A stretch of 64,000 nt of DNA from Poseidonia sp. (GCA_049627345.1 JBMZXF010000001.1:12635-76634), one strand, 5' to 3'; positions 42,667 through 52,799 are shown, counted from the first letter of the stretch. Program-made: numbers and translations. Notes: generated by a model not told the origin, from the sequence alone.

Positions 42667-43779
42667 TCAAGAGATGATGTCTTCGAGGCGGTCGGCTTCA
42701 ACGGCTTTTCGGATGGACCGAGCAATGCGTCGTCCTGTGGACATGAACCGCTCGTTGATGTCCGAGTAGGGTGAGCCGCCGATGAAGGGGTTGGACCCAG
42801 CCACGATGCGTGCGCTGATTTCGAACACCTTGAATTCGAGTTGGTCCGTGACGATGGTCTCCAAGCAGAACGGCCCGAGCATGCCTCGAGATCCCTCTTC
42901 GAGGTTGTAGGAGGCGGCCACCGTCCCTTCGGCCATCTCAAAGGCTCGGGGCAGAAGAGATTCTCGAATCACGACCGGTTGGTTGCCCGTTACCACAAAG
43001 GACGGCTCCAACGCCATTTCGCGAAGGTCTCGCAGCGATCCGAGTTTGTAGAATTCGTCGACGTTGCTTTCGTCCCGTCGGTCCATGGAGAGGAGTTCGA
43101 GGCGTCCGAGGTTCTTTCCGGCGTGGGGGCCGCGCCCCTGCACCTGGTAGCCGTCCTCGGCCGTTGGGTCAAAGAAGAAGTGGAGGTAATAGCGACAGCC
43201 AAGGACGTATTCCTGGATGGTAAATTCTTCTTCAATGTCCACGTTTCGGCGGAAATCACGGTAATCTCGGGCGATGAAATAGCCTCGGCCGCCTTTTGCA
43301 CCTGCGTATTTCACGATGACAGGTCCGTCGATGTTGTGCGGGTCTTCAACCACTTTGGGCATCGTGCATCCGCCGTCTTCAAGCCATTGTCGCTGAAGTG
43401 CCCGACTGCTTTCCCAGTGCAGGATGTTTCGGTTGCCGAAGGTCGGGACCTCAAGGTTCCTGAAGTTGTTCGCCCCGAGGTATTCAACCAGCGACCCGTG
43501 GGGGACGATGATGACGTTCTTATCTCGGAACCATTCAGCGTAGTCAAGCATTTCTCGGTAATCTTCGAGCATCAACCACTCATCGGGGTCTGCTCCGGGA
43601 AAGGCCTTGTAGAATCGTCGACGGTTTTCACCCACGGCAATGCCGAGGGTGCGGAAGCCCTCCTGGCGTGCGCCGTGGAGGATTTGAAGCGATGAATGGG
43701 ACGCGACGACGCCAACGGTAATGGCATCCTTGTCGTAGCCTTGGAGCCAGTCTTGCACCGTGGTGTGTGGTACGCCCAT
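42667..43779 (-). CDS. purP: formate--phosphoribosylaminoimidazolecarboxamide ligase (ATP-grasp)
   Basis: SHSSLQI, PHGS, GAKGGRGYF, GPFCLE, FEISARIVAG. Confidence 0.92.
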   Translation of the reverse strand: MGVPHTTVQDWLQGYDKDAITVGVVASHSSLQILHGARQEGFRTLGIAVGENRRRFYKAFPGADPDEWLMLEDYREMLDYAEWFRDKNVIIVPHGSLVEYLGANNFRNLEVPTFGNRNILHWESSRALQRQWLEDGGCTMPKVVEDPHNIDGPVIVKYAGAKGGRGYFIARDYRDFRRNVDIEEEFTIQEYVLGCRYYLHFFFDPTAEDGYQVQGRGPHAGKNLGRLELLSMDRRDESNVDEFYKLGSLRDLREMALEPSFVVTGNQPVVIRESLLPRAFEMAEGTVAASYNLEEGSRGMLGPFCLETIVTDQLEFKVFEISARIVAGSNPFIGGSPYSDINERFMSTGRRIARSIRKAVEADRLEDIIS

Positions 43780-43928
43780 ATGGAGGGGTTTCGTAATCGC
43801 TCTATGAGTATTATGTCCGGGAAACATGTAGGTCAACCATCGTGTCGCTCGGGCTGGCGACTCGTGATGGAAGAAATGTGCCGGAAACAGGTGAAGGATT
43901 CATGGGGTTGTTTCGCACCGTTTGGTTC

Positions 43929-45035
43929 ATGGACGAAACGTCAAGCCCAGCTCGAATCACCTACGGGGGCTACCTGCGACTTGAGGCACTCTTGGCGCTT
44001 CAAGATGGTCCAGAAGGCTACACGCCGCTGCCCTCCAACGACGAACTCCATTTCATCATCGTTCACCAAACCTTCGAGTTGTGGTTCAAACTGATCCTCC
44101 GTGAGTTGAAAGAGGCCCGGGCCCTGATGGATGTTGACCGTATTGAGGAGGCGAGCATCCCTCGTGTGGTTCATCATTTGGAGCGGGTGAGTGAGATTTT
44201 CCGCTTGCTGGCCGACCAGTGGAAGGTCATGGAGACCCTCTCACCGCAGGACTTCCTGGCGTTCAGGGACCGGCTGGGGACCTCTTCTGGCTTCGAGTCA
44301 TGGCAGATGCGTGAACTGGAGGTGCTGATGGGCCTGGACAACGAGCAACGAATGGGCGGCATGGACCCGCTCGCTCACATGCAACGGTTGGCCAAGGAAG
44401 GCAAGGTCCCAACCGCAGCCCTGGCCGACCTCGAGGCCACCTCGAACGCCCCTTCCCTCAACGATGTGCTCACCACCTGGCTGTCTCGCACCCCCATCCA
44501 CGGTTCCTCACCCCAAGACAAAGGAGATGACGGCGTGGTTCAAGCCTACATCGAGGATCATCTCGAGGCCATGCGAGCCCACGGCGAACAGGTCATCGCC
44601 CACATGACCGCCATCGGCCACGGTGAAGAGGCGACGCTTCGACCGAGAATTGAAGCCGGCGTGCAGGCAGCAACATCCTTCCTTGCCCCTGAGGGCAAGG
44701 CCATGCGGCATCGAGCGGGGTTGCTCTTTATCGAATCCTACCGCGACCTTCCTCTGTTGTCATGGCCGCGCCGACTGATTGACAGCTTTGTCGACCTTGA
44801 GCAGTCCATGCTTCTGTTCCGTGCCCACCATGCTCGAATGGTGGAGCGGATGATCGGTCGTCGAATGGGGACGGGAGGCTCAAGCGGCGTGGATTACCTC
44901 GACGCTACCACGAAGTACCGAATTTTCGTTGACCTGTGGGCAGTACGCACCTTGCTTGTCAAGCGAGACGCGCTCCCTGAAATGGACGACGCCGAGTTCT
45001 ACGGCTTTACCTCGAGCAGTTCAACTCACTCGTGA
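43929..45035 (+). CDS. kynA: tryptophan 2,3-dioxygenase
   Basis: [35 protein letters not shown]...GTGGSSG.DYL. Confidence 0.93.
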   Translation: MDETSSPARITYGGYLRLEALLALQDGPEGYTPLPSNDELHFIIVHQTFELWFKLILRELKEARALMDVDRIEEASIPRVVHHLERVSEIFRLLADQWKVMETLSPQDFLAFRDRLGTSSGFESWQMRELEVLMGLDNEQRMGGMDPLAHMQRLAKEGKVPTAALADLEATSNAPSLNDVLTTWLSRTPIHGSSPQDKGDDGVVQAYIEDHLEAMRAHGEQVIAHMTAIGHGEEATLRPRIEAGVQAATSFLAPEGKAMRHRAGLLFIESYRDLPLLSWPRRLIDSFVDLEQSMLLFRAHHARMVERMIGRRMGTGGSSGVDYLDATTKYRIFVDLWAVRTLLVKRDALPEMDDAEFYGFTSSSSTHS

Positions 45036-45277
45036 GGGTCGATGTCGATGGGAATCAAGTGATTCTCGTACTCGTAAAGGGCAATCTTGAGCGGGTCGAG
45101 GACGAAGCGGATGTTGGCTTCCTCAAGACCGTAGAGGGAGACGAGCTCTTCCTTGAATTGCTCACGAAGGACGTCTTCGGTGGCGTAGAGGGGGGCGCCC
45201 ATTCCGATTTGTAGGGCACGGGCACCAATGATTCGAGCGCGTTCAAAGCGGGTGTGTTGGCGTGCTGGTTTGACCAT
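45026..45277 (-). CDS. rpoK: DNA-directed RNA polymerase subunit K (Rpo6)
   Basis: [21 protein letters not shown]...DPLKIALYE. Confidence 0.93.
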   Translation of the reverse strand: MVKPARQHTRFERARIIGARALQIGMGAPLYATEDVLREQFKEELVSLYGLEEANIRFVLDPLKIALYEYENHLIPIDIDPHE

Positions 45278-45337
45278 GAGCAATCACTTGCGAGAGTTTC
45301 GCAGTCGTCCCACATAGCGACTCTTTTTGAACCTACC

Positions 45338-46240
45338 TCACTCTTCTGACCCGTTTCCTGGGGCTACATCGCCCTTGGGTCGGAGAAGGCGAACATGGTT
45401 CACCATAGCAGGGAGCAGGGCCAAGACCAAGGCGAGGCCGACAAGCAATGGGAGCATGGCTTCGTTTTGCTGCGCTCGCCCGGGGAGGTCTTCTCCACCA
45501 TCGTTGGGGTCCACTGAACCGGTGGGAGCTAACGAAGCCACGTTCAGCGCTCGAACGCCCTCACGCTCGAGGAGGATCACCACCGAGGTGTTGTCCATCC
45601 ACGCCTCGCCATTGAGCATCAGTCGGCCATCATCAGCAGGGGCTGAAAGACGACGGTAGGCCACCGACGGGTGTACCTCGCCCGTCGTTTCGTGAAGGAC
45701 AGGTGCGACCAACCATGCGGCCAGCGTGCCGTTGCTGCTGGCGTTCCACCGGAGGGTACCGTTGGCGAACTCAACTTGGTTGAGGCCGCTCCATTGGCTG
45801 GTTTGGTTTTCGAGGGTCAAATTCAGGTCCATGGCTTGGCGGGTGCCGGTCAAGAGGTGTGTGCCGTCCACCACCAGGGACGGATAAAACATCAGTCGGT
45901 AGTCCACGTCGTTTCGAAGTTTTGAATCCGAGAGGAAGGTGGCATCCTGCGGCGAGGGGTGGTGCTGGAGAACCACGAGATGAGGGTCGGAATGATTTCG
46001 CAGCTGTGCACTCACCTGCTGGCAGGGTTCACACCAATCGGCGCTGAAGTATTCAACGAGATGGGCAGGGCGATGGGCTTCGCAGGTTTCGTTGTTTAAA
46101 CATGACGCGGAGAGCACCATCACGTCCAGCAGAGCGCCAAAGTCAGGGTTCGTTTCCTCTTGGGTGGGCTGGGCAGAAGCAGGAACAAGGCTGAGCATCA
46201 GGACCGCAGTCAGCAGGACCGGCCACGGTTGGGAACCCAT
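45338..46240 (-). CDS. secreted thioredoxin-fold (CEPC) protein with C-terminal TM anchor
   Basis: Signal peptide; VEYFSADWCEPC; YPSLVVDG; C-terminal TM. Confidence 0.75.
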   Translation of the reverse strand: MGSQPWPVLLTAVLMLSLVPASAQPTQEETNPDFGALLDVMVLSASCLNNETCEAHRPAHLVEYFSADWCEPCQQVSAQLRNHSDPHLVVLQHHPSPQDATFLSDSKLRNDVDYRLMFYPSLVVDGTHLLTGTRQAMDLNLTLENQTSQWSGLNQVEFANGTLRWNASSNGTLAAWLVAPVLHETTGEVHPSVAYRRLSAPADDGRLMLNGEAWMDNTSVVILLEREGVRALNVASLAPTGSVDPNDGGEDLPGRAQQNEAMLPLLVGLALVLALLPAMVNHVRLLRPKGDVAPGNGSEE

Positions 46241-46291
46241 GAACAGGGGGGGAGGCATTTGTTCAAAAGGGGTCTCCTCTCACCTCACGCC

Positions 46292-47368
46292 ATGGAACCT
46301 CCGTGGTGGCGCCGTCCATCCACTCTTCCGTTGGTGCTCGCCGTTATGGCGCTGCTCATCGTCGTGGTGGGGGGTTCCATCCGCATCAACGACGCCGGTG
46401 AGTCGTGCCCGGAATGGCCAACCTGTTTCGGCACCTGGCATTTCGTCGTCTCTGAAGATGACCAAGCTGCTTACTGGGCGGCCAACCCGGACCAAATCGA
46501 CTCACGAGGCGAAGACCACCGATACACCGTGTTCCAAATTTTTGTTGAATGGTTCCATCGGATGCTGGTCGGTGTCATCGCTTTGCCCATCGTCTACAAC
46601 GTGCTGGCGATGAGGAAATGGCGTGAACGGTACGGGTCAACGGTTGAACGGGCCGCTCAATTTTCCGCCGCTCTGTTGGTGATACAAGCGACGGCCGGCT
46701 ATGTTACGGTGCGCTTTGACAACGCCGACTGGACCGTTGCGCTCCATCTGTCGTTGGCGTGCATCTTCACGGCGGGCTTGCTTTGGCAACACATGGCCAT
46801 GCGCATCACGGAGGGTGCTGCGTGGGCCTTCATGCGAGCACCCGTGGAATTCGTGACTGAACAATCCGTTCGGGTGCATTCAATGACGGCGGCTGTGGGG
46901 CTCTTGCTCGTCCTCGGTGCTTGGGTGTCGTCTTCGGCCGGTGGCCAATACAACCAGAGCTGTTCGGTTGGCTTCCCCGACGGTTGGCCAAAGTGTCAGG
47001 GCTCGTTTTTACCGTCGCTTGACGGCCCGGGGATCTTCATCCAAATGATTCACCGGTTTGGTGCGTTGTTGGTCGGTCTGGTCCTGGTGTTGGGTGTGAG
47101 CAACCTCCGCATGGCTTCGAAACAAGAGCCCGGAAGCGCTGAACTTGTTCGGCTGGCAGAAATCACCACCGGCGTTTGGATGCTCAATGTCATGGTCGGT
47201 GGCTCCTACATCGTGTTTGCCAAGGTGGGCGATTTCCCAGAGTGGCTCTCGCTTCTTCACCTGGTGGTTGGCGTGGGCGCCTTCCTTGCGGCGGTGGTGT
47301 TGATGTTCGCCACACGCTTTGCTGGCGCACAGAACAACACGTCATCCGGTTCAGGTGAGCAGGAATGA
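46292..47368 (+). CDS. ctaA: heme A synthase (COX15/CtaA)
   Basis: CPEWPTC, EWFHR, QMIHR, conserved His in TMs. Confidence 0.9.
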   Translation: MEPPWWRRPSTLPLVLAVMALLIVVVGGSIRINDAGESCPEWPTCFGTWHFVVSEDDQAAYWAANPDQIDSRGEDHRYTVFQIFVEWFHRMLVGVIALPIVYNVLAMRKWRERYGSTVERAAQFSAALLVIQATAGYVTVRFDNADWTVALHLSLACIFTAGLLWQHMAMRITEGAAWAFMRAPVEFVTEQSVRVHSMTAAVGLLLVLGAWVSSSAGGQYNQSCSVGFPDGWPKCQGSFLPSLDGPGIFIQMIHRFGALLVGLVLVLGVSNLRMASKQEPGSAELVRLAEITTGVWMLNVMVGGSYIVFAKVGDFPEWLSLLHLVVGVGAFLAAVVLMFATRFAGAQNNTSSGSGEQE

Positions 47369-48378
47369 GTGAACCTGCCCTGGCTGACGAACACCCGCAT
47401 CCGGGAACGGTCAAGGTGATGATGCAACTCATGAAATTGCGCGTGATCGTCTTGTTGCAAATCACAGCGCTCTGTGCCATTCTCATCCACGATACCTTCG
47501 CTCGCTACGGCGTTATGGACCTCGAGCGGACATGGAGCCAAACCTTCTGGGTCTCCTTCATCACCGTGGTCGGTGGGACCCTCTCAGCCGGTGGCTCCAA
47601 CGCGATCAACATGTGGTACGACGCCGACATTGACCCCCACATGCGGCGAACCATGAATCGCCCCATTCCCCTCGGTCATGCGACACCGCAATTTGCGCTC
47701 GTCTTCGGCTCCCTCATCGCCATCATCGGCTCAAGCCTCTTTCTGCTCGTCAGCGTAAAGGCGGCGTTCTGGTCTGCGTTTTCAGTGCTGTTCTACGTTC
47801 TCGTCTATTCGATGTGGCTCAAGCGACGCACGCCTCAAAACATCGTGATCGGCGGTATTGCCGGTTCTACCCCTCCACTGATTGGATGGGCGGCAGCCGC
47901 CGGTGATTCCATCGCTAACGCCAACATGCTTGACCTCGGATCCGCTGTACCTTGGATGCTGTTTTTCCTCATCTTCCTCTGGACACCACCTCATTTCTGG
48001 GCCTTGGCCCTGTACAGGTCGGGAGAGTACGGCAAGGTGAACATCCCCATGCTGAACGAAGTGAAGGGTGCTGAACACACCGTGTTTCAATCCAAAGTCT
48101 ACTGTGTGCTGTTGTTGATGTTGGGGTCCGTGCCGTGCTTTTGGCCGGAATCGGGGCTCCCGTTGCTGTGGGCGTTCGTGTCCGGCGGCCTCACCGTATG
48201 GTATGCGGCTTCCGTGTGGGCCATCGACCCGCACGAGCCCTTTGATGAGAACGGCCGCATGCCGAAGGCTGCCAAGTCCTTTTTCCGAAGTCTGTTTTAC
48301 CTCGGCTGGATGTTTCTTTCCTTGGTCGTCATCGCCCTCATCCCGCCTGCTTGGTTGGGTTTCTTGGGCCCGCTGTGA
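47365..48378 (+). CDS. ctaB: protoheme IX farnesyltransferase (heme O synthase)
   Basis: NMWYDADIDPHMRRTMNRPIP, LKRRTPQNIVIGG, WTPPHFWAL. Confidence 0.95.
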   Translation: MSEPALADEHPHPGTVKVMMQLMKLRVIVLLQITALCAILIHDTFARYGVMDLERTWSQTFWVSFITVVGGTLSAGGSNAINMWYDADIDPHMRRTMNRPIPLGHATPQFALVFGSLIAIIGSSLFLLVSVKAAFWSAFSVLFYVLVYSMWLKRRTPQNIVIGGIAGSTPPLIGWAAAAGDSIANANMLDLGSAVPWMLFFLIFLWTPPHFWALALYRSGEYGKVNIPMLNEVKGAEHTVFQSKVYCVLLLMLGSVPCFWPESGLPLLWAFVSGGLTVWYAASVWAIDPHEPFDENGRMPKAAKSFFRSLFYLGWMFLSLVVIALIPPAWLGFLGPL

Positions 48379-48453
48379 TGTGCTCTTCAGCCGTTCGGTA
48401 GAGTTTCAGCCACCGTCATCTTGATGAGCGGTTCTCAGGTGGACGGCTTGCGA

Positions 48454-48540
48454 GCGGCAGTCGCATAGCCTGGCCATTGCGCTGGATTGCTAATCCAGTG
48501 GTGTCTCACCTCGGGAGTTCGAATCTCCCCTGCCGCGCCA
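48454..48540 (+). tRNA. tRNA-Ser(GCT)
   Basis: Acceptor GCGGCAG/CTGCCGC, anticodon arm CTGGA-TTGCTAA-TCCAG, long variable arm, T-arm GGGAG-TTCGAAT-CTCCC, discriminator G, encoded CCA; no intron. Confidence 0.95.
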
Positions 48541-48544
48541 ATGC

Positions 48545-51490
48545 TCACTCAAAGAAGTCATCAAAATCCATGGCAGCGGCGCTGTTTCGCTTGCGGGCTT
48601 CAATCACGCGCTTCAGCCGCTTTCGCTTCTTGAGCATCATGGGAAGGAGGATGAAGTTGAGCACGATGGTTGCGAGCAAGGCGACACCGGCCAGCTGGAA
48701 TTCTTCCACGCCCATGGCGTCGTTCAACTTCTGGAGCCACGGAATGCCCAACGGGGGCTCAGGGGGTTCGGGCTCGGGTGGGATAAGGTGTTGATTGTAA
48801 GACCACCAGTCGTCATCGATGTGCACGCGCTCGATGTTGTCGGACGGGTAGTTGGCCAGCATCATTTCGTTGCCGACGCTGTCAATGGGTGCGAAGATGT
48901 AGTAGTAGGTTCGCATGGGTTGGATGCCGTCTCGGTCAAGACCACTCTGCACGAGGGAGCCTTCCTCGCCAGGCGTCCCCGTGAGGCCGCTGAACAGGGG
49001 TTCAATGAACCGGAGGTCGACATCAATCGGGCGGGTCTCGACACGGTACACATTCCACGTCAATTCGCCCTGTGCTTCGTGGGCTGGCCAGGTCCACGTG
49101 AGGGTTGCGTTGTAGCACAGCGACCAGTCCTGTTGCGCTTCAAAGCAGGCTGTGTCGTTGGTGAACACCCACGTGTGGCTCAGTCCTTCGAGCGTGGTCG
49201 CAGGTGGAATCGCGTCGCCACAGAGCTGGGCGGCTGCGCCGTCAACTCGGGTGATGTTCGCTCGCTGAAGATTGGCGTTTCCTTCACGGTCGATGGGAAT
49301 GATGGCGTACGAGGCACAAATGCCGGTCTCGAGGGGTACGGGGTCCAACCAAGCGACCGTCTCAAGGGAAAGGGTGGTGGCGAACGAGTCCAAGGTGAGT
49401 TCTTCCCAGATGTTTTCGTTGATGCCGCCGGCGGTTTCTGGGAACACCGTCGTGCCCGCAATGCCTGCAATTTTGTACACGTTCCATCCGCCGACGTAGG
49501 GGTTGGTCAGGTCGCCCGTGCCCGTCCAGTTCAGTTCAATTTGCCCTCCTTCCAGTTGGGTCCATTCAACGCCAGTCGCCGTCACGTCAGCGGTTGGGAG
49601 GACGCCGATGAGGAGAATGACGCCGTCCTTGGTCATCGAGACATCCACTTCGGTGAAATCAGGGCCAAACGTGTAGGAATCCACGCCGTCAAGGAACTCC
49701 CAAGCCACGCTGTCTGCATCGGGGAGGTAGCGCAGGTCAACGGTGCTCAAATCGATGTTTTCGGGCAGGATCGCCGTGAGGTTAAGGGTCAGGTCCAAAC
49801 TTCGAAGGCCGGGGTCGTCCGCTGATGCGGCCTCAATAGCGACGTCGATCATCATCAACGGGGAGTCGCCGCCTCCAATGCCGTAATTCTTCCCAAGGTG
49901 CGGCAGGAGCATGTTCCGAGAAGCCGTGGCTTCCTGCTCAGTGATGGCGAACCCTGTCATGTAGGGTTCGTGGATGGACACCGAGTTCAAGACATCAAAC
50001 TCAACGTAGGCGTACTCGGTTTCACCGAACGGGTCGGTGGCTTGCAGGGTCAGGTTGTGGTGGCCCAAACCAAAGGCTTCACCGGTTCGATTGAGCGCTT
50101 GACCGTGACCCCACACATAGAACCCTTCACGCCACGTGAAGTTGAGGGGTTGTGAGGCGATGGAACCGTATCGAGCCACCAGTTCAACATCGTCGGTGGT
50201 GAGGTAAATGTCATTGTCGGAGTTGGTTTGCACGTAGGGGTTGATGGGACCAACCCGAACATCGACGCTGAGTTGGTACAAATTGTCGCCCATCCGAACA
50301 TCTTCGCCGTTTTGGTAAATGGTTGGCATCTGTACACGGATAAGACGGTCGTCCCCGGTCGTGGTCATGTTGAAGTTGCACGAGGCGGTATCGCCCGGAT
50401 GCATGACGGGAATCAGGCAGGTGCTGTCAACCTCCAATTCGTATTGTGGGTTGTAGACTTGGTAGGAGACCGATACGTTCTCCACCGACATGTTGCCCAG
50501 GTTGGCGTAGGTTGTGATGACGCGGTCGGTTCCGTAGTAGAAATCAGAGGACTGTGCGTTGTGGCTCGGGTACACATTGACCACCTTGAGGTCAATGCTG
50601 TCGTTGAGCACGAGATCAAACGAGGCAAGGTTGTTGCCCGGGTTGAGGTCACCGTAGGGGTTACCGGTGCTCGAAAACAGGCCATACTTGAGCAGATAGC
50701 GCCCCTCTTGACCGTAGCTAAAGGCTGGCAGGTTGATGTTGAACGGGTCGGTTCCACCCCAAGCAGGAAGGTTCGCGACCGTCGTGTAGGCCTCTTTGAG
50801 CATCATGGTGTCGTCTGCATCCCAAAGTTGCCAGCCAAATTGGCCGGAAAAGGTGCAGACGCCGCACAGGGTTGATTCACCCTTGGATTTGAAGACGTAC
50901 TCGGTTCCGGTGTTGAGCACCTTTTCCTCGTTGTATTCTGCGAGGTTTTGCAGGTGGCTCAGCGGGTTGTGGGCGGTGTCCGCTACCACGTCAACGAAGT
51001 CCTCGGTGAGGTTGATGTTGAACCGGAATTCGTCGTCCGATGCCATCTGGTCGTTTTGACTAAAGGTGTACACCACGGTAAAGATGCCTTCGGAATTGGA
51101 CCCGGGGCTCCACAAATCACTGGAATCAACGGCAACGGATGATTGTCCGGGGATGTTTCCGATGTTGAACTGACCCGAGTCGTCGAACACCGACTTGCAC
51201 TGTGCCACGGTCACGTCGCCTTCGCAGGCGTACCAGGTGAGGGTTCGAGAGGCGCCCGAAGGAGAGGCGTAGTTGTTGGTGACCTCGGCGGAAAATTCCA
51301 GCGTATCAAAGGAAGAATACCACGCATCAGGGCGCGGCGAGAGGCTGTCCGTGATGCCGATCGACCCCGGCACGGCCGCACTTGTGACGGGGACGGTGGC
51401 GAGGGCTCCCAGCGAGGACAGCAGGAGCATCAGAACAAACCCAAGGCTCGCTCGTTGCTTGGTTACTTGGCGTGGCTTGCGCTCGCTCAT
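48545..51490 (-). CDS. large acidic secreted surface protein (Ig/CARDB/FN3-like modules) with C-terminal TM
   Basis: Signal peptide after MSERKPR, DLNPGNN/NLGN motifs, two WNVY...YxxxPID..GN FN3-like units, Pro linker, TM + KKRKR. Confidence 0.85.
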   Translation of the reverse strand: MSERKPRQVTKQRASLGFVLMLLLSSLGALATVPVTSAAVPGSIGITDSLSPRPDAWYSSFDTLEFSAEVTNNYASPSGASRTLTWYACEGDVTVAQCKSVFDDSGQFNIGNIPGQSSVAVDSSDLWSPGSNSEGIFTVVYTFSQNDQMASDDEFRFNINLTEDFVDVVADTAHNPLSHLQNLAEYNEEKVLNTGTEYVFKSKGESTLCGVCTFSGQFGWQLWDADDTMMLKEAYTTVANLPAWGGTDPFNINLPAFSYGQEGRYLLKYGLFSSTGNPYGDLNPGNNLASFDLVLNDSIDLKVVNVYPSHNAQSSDFYYGTDRVITTYANLGNMSVENVSVSYQVYNPQYELEVDSTCLIPVMHPGDTASCNFNMTTTGDDRLIRVQMPTIYQNGEDVRMGDNLYQLSVDVRVGPINPYVQTNSDNDIYLTTDDVELVARYGSIASQPLNFTWREGFYVWGHGQALNRTGEAFGLGHHNLTLQATDPFGETEYAYVEFDVLNSVSIHEPYMTGFAITEQEATASRNMLLPHLGKNYGIGGGDSPLMMIDVAIEAASADDPGLRSLDLTLNLTAILPENIDLSTVDLRYLPDADSVAWEFLDGVDSYTFGPDFTEVDVSMTKDGVILLIGVLPTADVTATGVEWTQLEGGQIELNWTGTGDLTNPYVGGWNVYKIAGIAGTTVFPETAGGINENIWEELTLDSFATTLSLETVAWLDPVPLETGICASYAIIPIDREGNANLQRANITRVDGAAAQLCGDAIPPATTLEGLSHTWVFTNDTACFEAQQDWSLCYNATLTWTWPAHEAQGELTWNVYRVETRPIDVDLRFIEPLFSGLTGTPGEEGSLVQSGLDRDGIQPMRTYYYIFAPIDSVGNEMMLANYPSDNIERVHIDDDWWSYNQHLIPPEPEPPEPPLGIPWLQKLNDAMGVEEFQLAGVALLATIVLNFILLPMMLKKRKRLKRVIEARKRNSAAAMDFDDFFE

Positions 51491-51649
51491 CACGCTTTCC
51501 TCACATCCGTGATTCAAAGACTCATCGCTTGAAACGGGGTCGTTGGCGTGAATCTCTTGCACCGCAACTGGGACCAAACCCCAAGGATGCGAGGCGGCCA
51601 ACCAAAGAAAAAGCGGCAACCTCATGAATTGTGCGGGGCTGGTTGAACC

Positions 51650-52729
51650 ATGCGCAGGGCGTCCCATACCCGTGAACGGGACGAAGGCGGACTCACCGCT
51701 GTCATTGAGTTCCTGTCCGCCTTTACGCTGTTTTTGATGATCCTCACGGCCTTTCTTTCTTTGGCCCAACTCCAAATGGGTTCAAACGACCCGGATGTCG
51801 ACCGTTTGGACCGAGCAGCATCCTTGGGCCTGGACCGCCTAACCTCCGGCGAAGGCTGGTTCGTCCCCATGGCCGGCGACCTTGATTACGAGAATGCGAC
51901 CTCGGACTGGCACCTTGCCGACGCTGAAGCGCTCGATGCGGGACGGGTCCAACCCGGGTTAATGGCGAACCACAAACTCGACATGAATCGCATCAGTGCC
52001 TTGCACAACGTCACCGAAGACGGCATGGCGGCGGGTTTGGGGCTGGACAGCGACATGAGCCTCCACCTAAGCATACGAGTGTTGGAAAGCGATGCTCCAG
52101 CGCGGGAGGGCTTGGTGTTGTTTGACGGTGGAACCGAGCGTGGTACTGCCCCTTCGAGTTCAACGGCCTACCGCTCCTTCCAACAAGACGGTGAACAGAT
52201 TTCTGTCGTGCTCGAAGTTCACGACGGCGGTCGGAAAAACAACATCCTCCACATCACGGAAGTCATGGTTCGCCCCTCCTCGGCCGGTCCGGAGTGGATT
52301 GAACTTCACAACCCCAACGATTTTGCCATCGCCCTCAGAGGATGGTCGTTCAATCACACCTCGGGTTCGACCTCCAGCAACCTCCTGTTGCAGAGCGGTG
52401 TCGTGGCCGGGCAATCCCTTTCTGTGTTGACCGGCGACCCTTCCTCACAAGCGGTGGGTAGCGCCAGCCATGTCATCGACCTCGGGGCCCTTGGCTTCCT
52501 CGGCGTTGGTCAGATTGACGGATTGGCCGACGGTCGTGGATTGCTGAGCCTTCGCTACACCCAACTCGACGAAATCACGCCGGCCGATGTGGTTCGCGTG
52601 GAATGGGGGGGCGACACCCAGCTGTTCATGGTGACCGGCCAATCCTTGGTGTGGGACGGCACGGACCGCTTCAGTTCATCAGCGTGGAGCCTTGAGGACG
52701 CTCCCACACCCGGTGAATACGGGGCATGA
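51650..52729 (+). CDS. type IV pilin-like (class III signal peptide) protein with C-terminal lamin-tail domain
   Basis: RERDEGG/LTAVIEFLSAFTLFLMILTAF; ITEVMVRP...EWIELHNP...LRGW. Confidence 0.7.
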   Translation: MRRASHTRERDEGGLTAVIEFLSAFTLFLMILTAFLSLAQLQMGSNDPDVDRLDRAASLGLDRLTSGEGWFVPMAGDLDYENATSDWHLADAEALDAGRVQPGLMANHKLDMNRISALHNVTEDGMAAGLGLDSDMSLHLSIRVLESDAPAREGLVLFDGGTERGTAPSSSTAYRSFQQDGEQISVVLEVHDGGRKNNILHITEVMVRPSSAGPEWIELHNPNDFAIALRGWSFNHTSGSTSSNLLLQSGVVAGQSLSVLTGDPSSQAVGSASHVIDLGALGFLGVGQIDGLADGRGLLSLRYTQLDEITPADVVRVEWGGDTQLFMVTGQSLVWDGTDRFSSSAWSLEDAPTPGEYGA

Positions 52730-52799
52730 TTCGCCTCTCGCTGCGAGTCCATCGTCCAAACACTTCATCAACCCGGGGCGTTTCCTTCCGCTTGGTCCC

